Below are positions 50,801-61,152 of a stretch of 64,000 nucleotides of DNA, in pieces (the first letter of the stretch is position 1; each line of letters starts with the position of its first letter). The position numbers and the translations under genes were made by a program. Origin of the DNA: Oculina patagonica (lineage: Eukaryota); contig NC_135761.1 in the NCBI RefSeq assembly GCF_052425735.1, positions 14,942,001 to 15,006,000 of the forward strand, written 5' to 3'. Under the pieces are notes generated by a model that saw nothing but the letters and a program-made list of their open reading frames with translations, was not told the DNA's origin and did not search any database.

Positions 50801-53800
50801 AGCAACAATTAATGAAAGTCTGTCCGACCACAATTTTGTTTCGTCCGACCAAGATGGTGTCTTAGTAGGACATATGTCCTTTCAAGTATAAAAAATCATT
50901 TGCAGCCCTGGAAGGGGGGACGGGGGCTTATTAGAGTTTGTTTTTCGATAATCAACGATAGGAAAACCAATCAAATTGGCGTATTTGCAATAAAATACGA
51001 TGAGTGGCTACTAATTAGTTGTTTTGTTCCGGACTTGGACGAATCGGACGAAAACCTCTCTCACATAGAGACCTCTTGACACTCACGCCCATCATATCTA
51101 TCTATCACCACTATACGCTAAACGCTGTGCGATGAGAAGAAAGCTTCCGGCCAATTACACAACATGTAAAGGAAACATTGAATGTTTAAAATAAAACAAA
51201 CCTTTGTTGACTTCAAGGAAGAACGTAAAACACATATTCATTAAAATCTTGGCTGGTTCAAAATCGTCAGCTTGGTTACATCTAAGGAGAAAACGAATAA
51301 GCAATAATAGATTTAACCGAATAGTATTCCTCCATTTATTTGTTTATAATAAGAAAAAAATACGGACCCTTTTTTAGCAAGGGTTCCAATTTTATTCTAA
51401 TTAAAGAACAAAAGATTTCTTTTCAGTGTGACCCATATAAACACCGGTTTCCTACTTTTTCAACTAGAATTTACGCTATGGGAAAATAAAAAGAAAAACT
51501 AATCAATCAAAAAACATACCAGAGAGTCTTAAATCAAAGTATTCAAATATCAATCAATCCTAATTCATTTTAAACACGTTCCAAGAGCTTATCTTGTACA
51601 AATTATTTATTAATGGTCATAAACACATGGTCGCTTCTTTCAAAGAAAAAGTAAATTGTATTCAGTTTTCATTTATAATAGTCATAAAGATCTAACCTTG
51701 ATGTTTCTATAAACGTTCTTCAATTTAACGACAGATCTTAACAGATCATTACGTTTGAAGGTGAGAATGATGTATTAACTAAACGCAGAACTTCATGTTA
51801 GAAAATTGCAAATCCCTAGTGGCTACACACTACAATCTACGATGATAATCCTGAAAATCAGTTTTTGAATTCGAAAAATCCGACCTTTAATTTAAAAAAA
51901 GCAAGACAATTCCAATTGTATATTTTATATATACAATTCTCATAAAACAAACCCGCGTACAAATTCATAAATACCGGTAATGTAATCAAAAATGTATCTT
52001 CTTTACTTAGATTTAATCTGGGGAAAAAACACCAACGATTATGGAAATGGTATGTAAAAAAATGTAAGCGTGCCACAAAGGAATGAATTAAATATACATG
52101 TGTTTTTTTTTTTTTGGATTTCTACATCAGTTTATATATAACGGGCTTCCCAATTAATAATTTGTTCTTTCATTATCACCACTAAAACCATGACTACTAT
52201 TTTGCTACATGTAATTAGCCTCATTTGTGGAGTATTTATTAATAATTAACTAGTTACTACACGCCAAGCAGACAGTTTGTATAGTTGAGCTGTTGGGTGA
52301 AAACATAAACCAGGGTTATTTTCAGTAGCTATTAAAAACACAGTACGATATGAGCCACTTAGGCAAATTAAAGCCCTCGCATTTGTATATTTACGATCGG
52401 TTCAGTCAAGACAAAAAGGAATCGGACGAAAGAAGCATGGCGGATATGGAGGAGCCTCGCCATCCAACTGAATTAACCGAGAATTACAAAATACAGCTTA
52501 AAGATGACGGGCTCGGGAAGTACAAGATAAGTCCGCTAGGCCGTCTTGACGATCCAAAAGAAGTGGTAAGAATCGACTGTCCATTTCTGTTAAGAAATTT
52601 AATGTAGAATTTTTTTATGTTATTTTTTTTTTCACATACCGAGCACAGCTGAAGTAAAATTTTCTTTACTTTGGTTTGCTATGTACTGTACAGACTGTAG
52701 AAGTGCAAATGCCGTTAAAGAAATTCTTATACAGCTAGAAATACGTAAAACAGAATTACTTTTTTTGTTTTATTTATTTTTCAAGTTAGTTTTGAAAAAA
52801 TGTCTCGGCTGTTTTGCACAGAGCCCCCATCAACTTGTTTATCAAAAATAATTCAGTCTGTTGTTTTTCCAAACTGCGTTTTCTTATATATTTTTTTGGC
52901 ACTTCGGCAGTATCGTCTTGCAAATAGTCTCGCGATTTTCTCGTTATTCGTTTCATCTATTGCCATCCTTACTTTAGAAAAACTATTGGATTTCTATAAA
53001 CCATGAACTGTGTGTTTTCATGTTCCGTACCATTAACATAATTTTCCCTGGGCCGTCGAAATTTCAAAAAAATTCAGGTTTTGCGACCATTTAATAGATT
53101 GCTGTTAATGCCACAGTACACATTCAAACAATACTGTTTTGTGATGAATCCTTGAAAAACGTACGTAAAACACCTTGAGGAAGTAAGACATAATATGCAA
53201 GCGTATTTTTAAATGGAGGGAGGAGTGGGTGGGACGTGTTTTGTAACTACATTTTATGTTGTAGTTATATAATTCGGAATGTGGAATTTTTATTAAAATG
53301 CCAAATTCTTTTCCTTTATTTCTGTAGCTGTTATTTGGGCGCTATTAAATGATGCAACGTTCACAGAAGTCAGCTGTGTTTTGTAGTCAGATGTAATCGA
53401 CCTGTAGCCGTTGGGTCCTGTTCATTCTACAACGTTATAATTATTCTAAGATCAGATTATGTTCTTACAAAAGTCATAATTGTCTTTATAGGAAACTGCA
53501 AGAGCAGGCGTTCATACCACAAATGGGGTGAGTGTTAAAGTACTTGCTACTGGTCTTACAGTAAAAGCTAGCTTTGGTCCTCTGTAAATTGCGCTTATCG
53601 TATTGCGGATATATAAGGGTCATTCTGAGCATTTTCAGGATCTAAGGCGCAGCAGAACACTTGAATTTTTCTTGAATGTTCGGACAGTGAGGGAGGGGGG
53701 CGGCCCCGCCCCGCCCCGGCGCGCGGACCAGCCGCCCAACGCCCCCCCGGGCCCCCCCGCCCCGCGCCGGCCCCGGGGTTAATACCAACGTTTGGAACAT

Positions 53801-55934
53801 TTAAACGTAGACAACTAACTTTTTTAAATTCAAACCCATTTTCAGGAAAAGAAGTCTACAAACAGCGTTACAAAGAAAAAGGTAAGACTTAAAAAAACTT
53901 TTTTATAGTCATAAGGTTACAACTTAAGTTTCAACATGGCAGGGAGAGGGGTAGTGGCATTACTGGCAATACTCACTACCCCTCTAGCCACTGTTGACTG
54001 AAAAACTGAATGCATTCATCAACTTTTTCCCCGTTTCCCCACCAACATCAAAAATATTAACAACTGGAACAAATGACATTTAATTTAGTTAAACATGCCA
54101 AGTTATCAGTATCATTACTTTCAATCTAAATTGTATTATTTTGTAGTCCTGGTAAAGCATGTTTAGAAAAAAAATATTACCCGTATAAGAAGAAAAATAT
54201 AGAATTTTAAATATTCATTTATAAGAAACGTAATCCTATGACATTCCTGTCTTGGTTTGATCTTGAAGATGTACAATCATCAGAACATGTAAATTAAATA
54301 ATTTGATCTAAAACTTATATTAAAGGGGAAGTTCACTCCAGAATGGCCATTTATTTTCTTTACGCCAATAGAAAGTTTATACAAAGATACTGTTATTCCC
54401 CTTAAAATTTTAGCCCCCAACGTGCGCTATAAACCCTACGAAATCTTTTCCAAAACTCGACAACTGGACGCCGCCATCTTGGAGCTGGTAATGTATGCGT
54501 GACGTCAACAGAGCTCAGCCTGAAGTTTGGCGGGAAAATTTAAATACTTGAAACTCCTTGTTTCTTCGTAGTGGCTTTTGTTTGTCAAAATGCCTCTTTG
54601 TGTTGTTCGATTTTGCTCAAACGTTAGAGCTCCAAGAAATACAAAAAACAAGGAGTTTTTTCGACCATTAAAATTTTCCCGTCAAACTTCAGGCTGAGCT
54701 CGGTTTGACGTCACGGCTTATACATTACCAGCTCCAAGGATGGCGGCGTTAATAATGAAAAAAACAGGTAAGTTTGTCGAGGTTTGGGAAAGATCTTCGT
54801 AGGGTTACATAGCGAACGTTGGCCGAGGCTGGGGGGTAAAGGCAAAAAAATTTTGGTGAATAACCATATCTTTGTGTAAACGTTTTATTAGCGTAAAGAA
54901 AATAAATGGCCATTCTGGAGTGAACTTCGGTCCTTTTGCATTGTAGCCGTTCATGGGGGAAGTAAACTAAATAAAATAGGTATGCACACTTACTCAAATA
55001 ATTCCCAGAGATGGGGGAAACAATTGCAAAGTACTGAACATGTCTGAAGACGATGGTTTCTGGTACACTCTTGCTGTAGACTCTCTGGTAAAAAATCCAA
55101 TTATCCCACTTTAAATTATTTAATTTTTATTTTAATTTACCTTACTGTCTTTGTTTGTAAATGAACAATTTTCACTTCCGCTTTGCAGCTGGTCTTTATA
55201 GTGGCGCGCCGCGTTTTGTACTGTATAACCATGATGAGTAGCGTGTTGGGCCCGCAATATAATGGTCATTTATTTATTTATTTATTTTGCCACACAAACA
55301 AAAAATATAATTATGAAAAAATAGATAATACAAAATCAATATACAAGATAATAATTAATATACAAGACTACAATATAATAAAAGATTAGAAACAAAATGG
55401 CGAGGGAACCTAATAAAAAACCACGGGGCTTGTAAGCTTAGGTTCCCTCACAAGAAAAACAGATGACTGGTTCAGGTTCTGAAGTAATGACAAGACTAAA
55501 TAGAATACGGAGTGTGTTGGACAAAAGATCAAGCGGTCAGTTGCCTTATCAAAGTTCACAGGGTTTCGGCGTGAAGGAAAAAAATACAAGGAATAAAACC
55601 TTAACATTAACTTTGGTCAAGGAATGTCAGTGGGGCATTCAGACCATAAACAAGAGGCCCTTTTTGTGTGAGGCATTAAAATGTTGTGGGTGCAGGGAGT
55701 CATTAAACCTAAGGAGGGGGACCAAGGTACCAGGGACCCCATGCCCAACCCCTAGATATACCACCGAATGGTATTATATAGCTAGATGTGCACCTTTTAG
55801 TAACACTCAGTGTACACCTATAATGCCTTTGTAGGGAAACCTTTCTCAAAAAAGCTATATACAAGCAGAAGTAACACATTGAATGATAAAAGATACTTTA
55901 CGGCTTGCAGTCTGTGTACCACCCCCCCCCCCCC

Positions 55935-55978
<44 letters not shown>

Positions 55979-58900
55979 ACAGGAATTTGATTTGAATTTA
56001 ATTGGCATTTATAAAATTTACACCATAGCCACCTTGTGCTTTAGCCCTCAAAGTGGACAACGGCCTACTAAACCATCACACTAGTTCAGACTGCACTAAA
56101 AAGAATGATTAAGAAAATTCTGTAATAATTTGAGGCAGCCTTACCTGGTTGTCGACATGTTTGGAGAAGGAAAGGCGCCCAGCACTATGCTGCAAAAAAG
56201 TGTGCAAGATGACAGTATTTTGGCTTTTACAATAAGCAGTATAAACCACTTTTTTTTAGATTCATACTAAATTATTTAAACTTTTAAAAAAACTAATAAC
56301 AAAATAAAAAAAAATACATTTAAAAAAATACATTAACTGCATGGTTAGGTACTGGGGTGTCAACCTTGGTGCAGATCAAACTCAACCTCATCTGAAATAA
56401 TGTTGTGTACACTGTACCTTATTACATAAAATGACGTTAATTTTTTCATTTGCTGATCAGCTGAATGTAATTTACCTGATTAAGGATTCCAAACTTTAGT
56501 TTTTCTTCCTGAGAAATAACACTTCTAAAAGAGTAAATTTGAAAACAGCAGGATTAAAAACAGTTTTAATTCTCTTAAATTATAAACTGCAAGTGTATTA
56601 GGAAAAATATAACAAGCCCTCCAGATTGTGTTATCACCAGGTTCAATAACATTCAGTAAATTCTATCAGTCAGTGAAGTGGAACTTTGGCTTACTGCCAC
56701 CTTATCAATATCACCACACTCAACTTATTAATAACTATGACCACTTTTTTACCCAAGAAATGCTTGATCAGTATGTAATTTGTGGTTCATAATTATAATA
56801 AGAACTGGCAACAACTGAATTTTTTTTATCAATAGTAATAACAGTTGTTAAAATAATATATAGATTTAGGCACGCCTAAAGCGGAGCTCCCCTATTTTTT
56901 CACTGGAGCACAATTTTCATTCAGTGAATAGCGGCCAAAGTACTAATGTTATGGCGGAAGGTGAAGACAAATTAAATAGCTCACGGTACTGAATGTCAGC
57001 AGAACAAATTCTAAAGAAGGGCAAAACATGCCGCCGTCAGAGTACAGTATCCTGCTCAGCAATAATGTTCCGATCTTATAGTTTCGAGAGAGTGACTCCA
57101 CATCACGAGGACCGTGAACAGAGTCTGTCGGAACCCGGTAGGTGCCGGCGCAGATCGGGAGGTCGCGTCACCCCAGAGGGGTTTTTTTTGTTTTTTTTTA
57201 CTACCCCGTTGCATAAAATGTTGTTTTCAACCCGGCGCCATGTCGATGCTGCTACAGTAGACACCAAGTCCGAATGCCCACCATGCGCCTTCACCGTCAG
57301 CCACATTCTGCTTCCTTTCACCCTTCAGGCCGCCTTACGGCCCGCCTTCTTGCTCACCACCACACATGGCGGGGGCGACCCGTAGCCGCGGACGCGCCGC
57401 GACGCCGCTACCTGTTACCGACTGAGATGCGGTTTTCCTGCTTGTGCTTTTCTTTTTTGTGGGGGGGGCCGCCGCGGCCCTGCGGGCCGCTAAGGAGCTC
57501 CGCTATTACTAATATTTAAACTCACTGGAACATTATTTTAATTACATTTACTGATATTGGTAGGTGTACATACTTTGATGACCGACAAAAATTAGAACCT
57601 CAAGCAAATAAATATATTTAGTACCTCATATACGACAACATACTGGCGACTTTACAGCTAGTGTCTAACAGCTAATTAAAATAATACATGTTGAACTGAG
57701 AATTTTAAGTACCCTTAAGCGCACTTCTAAATTCAGCAAGATATCAATCTACAAATAATCCTTTCAAATGAAACCTTTTTCACTAACGTAAACTGTGCCA
57801 GAATTGCAACTTACTCTTTTAGGAATATCTTTGCGACAAAATCTTTCATGAAATCATCACACTCCTGTTCAAACAGCTCTGTTTCCTCATCATAGTCAAC
57901 TTCTGACCCATCTGGTGAAAATATAAACACAGATTAACTCATTACATCTTTGAAAACAATGTCTGAAAACTTCATACATTTGTACTATAAGCCAGGGATT
58001 TTTGCCAAACGTTTCTCAGCTAAATGGTGCCAAACTGCTTAGAGAGTATAATTTCATCCATCATTTGTTCAAAGTATCATAAAAAATATATAATAATAAA
58101 TATGCATTTCAATGTACGTATATATATATACCTTTCTTAGAATTCCTTTTTGACCTAGAATGCCTGCGCTTGTGCATATTTTATCAACCAATAAATACCG
58201 ACTAAACATCAGGGGGAAACTAGGCAAGTTTACAGTTCTTGCTTAAGTTGGAACAAGATATTGGCTTAATTTTATACTGGTAGTTCAAATGGAAATTATG
58301 GTCAAACTTAATTGTTTGGGGATAATTTGAATATATAAACTATTTATAAACACTTTTGTAACAAGTGCTATATAAATAAAAGCTATTGAAATAATTAAAT
58401 GTCAGGCATTAGACATTTTATGGGGTATGTGGCTTAAAAATTAAAAAATCATTTAAATGTGATCAACTCAATAGATAAGATACTCTTGACTTCTGTTGAA
58501 AACCCACATACGACATTTTAACCAAACCAGTTAGAAGCTGGCGTAACTGTTGTCATGACTTCAGTTCATATTTCACAGGAATGCTACCAACACAATCAAT
58601 ATATTTATTGTAATATTGCAAATTATTTCTGTTTACTATTTGGCAAGGTTTAGAATTAGATGAGAATAAAATTATGAAAAATACACCTAGGTGCATGTGT
58701 TGTGGTTAAAATTAATTTTGTTTTTTGTTTAAAATGATAAACCTAGCTGATTTTTGTTTTCCCTTTGTTTTAGATTATGACAAATAGGTGACAAACTTTT
58801 TAAAAGCAAAATTAAAAAGCAAACCATTTCTCTTGTATTTTTTTATGAAGACTAAAAATAAATTTCAATCATTATAAAATGTAGATATTTCAAACTAGTT

Positions 58901-60858
58901 AACATTTTAATATACATGTACATGTAGTTCACCATTAAATTTTCTCCGATTCTGATTGGCTAAAATTGATCACATGATGTAATAGTGTTTGTCTACGGAG
59001 GGCACTATCAGCCCAAAGGGCCCATTTTAGAAAAATACTTACCGGTAAATGGACATAGTATTTGTCCGTGAAATTTTTTTTGTAAACAAGCAGGCCTACA
59101 AACAGAAAAACCCCACTAAATTCACTGCATTTAGTGGGTTTCTTGTTTGGTTTTGTTTCTTTTTTATTATTTCGGCTTTCAATTAGGTCTTTTATCCTAA
59201 AAAGAAAAAAAAATACCTTATTCAAGACGCTTGTTTCTGAATGGGTGCGCAGAAGAAAATTTAGTGGTGAACAATAAAGACAATAGAGTGTTTTTGTCTT
59301 TGAACTATTCGTTTGACAGTTGTCCCTTGGAAATCTGATGTTCTTAAAACTAGCATATTAGCCTTTAAGAACATCAAATTTTTCGCAGGGCAACCATCAG
59401 CCGATAGTTCTTTGAAAGAAACAGGCTATAAATGACATAATTGTTTAAAGAGGTCTGATAGCATACATGTATTGACTGGACAAGAATTATCAAGGGCAAG
59501 GTTTGGGGTATATGGTACATGTATATGTATTGGGGAGTGCCAATAAAGAAATTATGTTACCAATCATTAAGTATTAATAATGGTAATTGAACTGAGTGGA
59601 GTGCAAATTATTTGGTAGAAATCATACGCGTGATTTTTGAAAGAACCCACAGCATGTGTTCAATTTCAAATCACAAGTATGGTTTCAGACCAAAACTGCA
59701 TGGCACAAAGTTCAATTACTCAGCTCAATTAGCTTTTTAGTTATACTGAGTAAAATAACCATTTTTTATATGTTTGAAATGTAAATCTAATTTATTTTTG
59801 TTAATAAAGCATGTGTTTTTGTTGTTGTTATTTATTACTAATACATCCATTTTGAAATTGCACAAGTTTCGGGAAAGTTGCAAATTCTCCACACAGTGGC
59901 TTTCTCTGTCTTTCTTTTTCCTGCATTTGATAGGTTACTTTAAACTAGCCTTGAAATCTGATTGGCTACTTTGTTTTAGTGTCTCTAGCCTTTCTCATTA
60001 GCTGGGAAAAAGATGCGATATATAGCAAAAAAGTGTGATTTGTGAACAAATCCCACTTCTGAGAGCCAATCAGAGTGTATTAAAAGTTCACCAGTGATTT
60101 CAAAATGGTTGTACTGTAATAGTCTTAACCCTTTCATGTGCAAGCGCCATACCGCGCGGACATGACATGTTACATGCGCGACCCTCAAGTAACTCACATG
60201 TGAGCGCATCTGGTGAGAGAGGCTCAGGCGGCGCGAGAAAATTCTGGGGCTTAAAAATGGCAGCACGAGAACCGAGGAGGGAGGACCGTGATGGCGAGAG
60301 GAAGGAAGAGGAGAAATGGAGGAGGAGAGGAAGCCACGAAAACAACCCAGAGACAGGAAGGGGCGGAGGGATCGGCTGCCGACCCAGGTTGCTGCCCCGA
60401 GACAGTGAGAAAGGATCGCTCCCACTGCTGTTTACCACTGTGTTAAAGATGTTCAAAATTGACTGCTATTCTGAGTATTGAGACCAAAAGGGACAGAGGG
60501 AAGTGGTGAGAGAGAAAAAGGACAGTGCGGAAGCCAAAGCGCACATGAAAGGGTTAATATTTTAAATTAACTTTTTTAAGCTTACCGTACAAATTAATTA
60601 GCTAGATTAGCTAGAAGATAATTTGGGGCTGTGGATGTCCAGTATATATAATTTCAAGTTTGAGAACACTGTTATAGGCTGAATTTTTATGCTAGACAAG
60701 GGTAACAACACCATACTTTCTTATCACTGAATATCACAAAATTGTTTATAAAAACATCCACAATATCATTAGATACTAATAAAGATACAAGATGTTTATG
60801 TTTACTTACCGCTGTGATCTGACCATTCCTTCATATCACCCAAAAGATCCACCGTCAT
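47895..60858 (-). CDS. KIAA0513: KIAA0513-like (SBF2-domain related) protein, 11 exons; exon 5 carries an apparent frameshifting insertion
   Basis: Exons (minus): 60858-60810, 57911-57815, 56524-56476, 56189-56145, 55084-54994, 51281-51202, 49881-49824, 49479-49405, 49129-49049, 48218-48124, 47956-47895 (TAG). Motifs FMKDFVAKIF, SQEEKLKFG, CNQADDFEPAKILMNMCFTF, QPIWKSLRFWNAAFFDAVH, TFGKLGTFLSNMKAFGL resemble human KIAA0513. All phases are consistent except exon 5 (91 nt instead of 3n+2). Confidence 0.88.
48733..48930. repeat. Degenerate tandem repeat (CTTACAATACTAACATTA-like)
   Basis: Repeated ACTTACAATAC / ACTAACATTA units. Confidence 0.7.
50683..50910. mobile_element. MITE (CAGGGCTGCA termini), 6-bp TSD
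   Basis: TIR as at 19294; GAAGGG on both sides. Confidence 0.8.
52437..54155 (+). CDS. Putative uncharacterised small protein (~69 aa), 4 exons, nested antisense in KIAA0513 intron 5
   Basis: Exons 52437-52565, 53492-53527, 53846-53881, 54147-54155. The ATGGCG start is in a good context, donors are strong (GTAAGA, GTGAGT, GTAAGA), acceptors are pyrimidine-rich AG, and all junctions are phase 0. ATTAAA at 54293. No family recognised; the last exon is less certain. Confidence 0.62.
54324..54934. mobile_element. Fold-back TTAA-type element with ~270-bp arms
   Basis: GAAGTTCACTCCAGAATGGCCATTTATTTTCTTTACGC mirrored at 54891-54928; the inner arms (GAGCTGGTAATGTA, GAGCTCAGCCTGAAGTTTG) are also mirrored. 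Confidence 0.85.
55922..55976. repeat. poly-C plus (CA)n microsatellite
   Basis: Direct observation. Confidence 0.9.
56880..57504. mobile_element. TIR element (AGCGGAGCTCC) with a GC-rich interior
   Basis: AGCGGAGCTCC at 56880 and GGAGCTCCGCT at 57494. Confidence 0.55.
60129..60553. mobile_element. piggyBac-like MITE (TTAA TSD, CCC termini) with a purine-rich interior
   Basis: TTAA-CCCTTTCATGTGC ... GCACATGAAAGGG-TTAA. Confidence 0.75.
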
Positions 60859-61152
60859 AGTAAACGCAGTATCATTGCTACCTCATTGCTAGAGGACGCC
60901 GAAAAAACAAAAAATACCAAAAGAAAACACAAAGAAAAGCGGAAATCGGCCTTTGTTGCGGAAATACCTTTGAGTTCTTTTGTATCCAGTCCCCTCCCGC
61001 CGCGGGAAAAACATGCTCTATTGTCCGATGCGCATTTTACAAATATCTAAACAGCTGCCCTTTTAACGAGGGCTCAGATAAACTCCCATCACGCATAGCG
61101 GCTCCGTTCCGTGGCAACGTCGCAGAAAAACAAGTGCAAAGAAGAAGGGAAA
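60859..61152. promoter_or_regulatory. Putative bidirectional promoter KIAA0513 / DYNLRB with RFX X-box
   Basis: 294 bp between divergent ATGs. GTTCCGTGGCAAC at 61106-61118 resembles the RFX X-box; E2F-like GCGGGAAA at 61002. Confidence 0.6.

Noticed and set aside
55189-55389. Alternative last exon for the nested small gene (CTTTGCAG acceptor)
   Set aside because: Its translation drifts into AT-rich low-complexity sequence and it would require reading across the KIAA0513 exon; the nearer acceptor at 54147 is preferred, though not proven.
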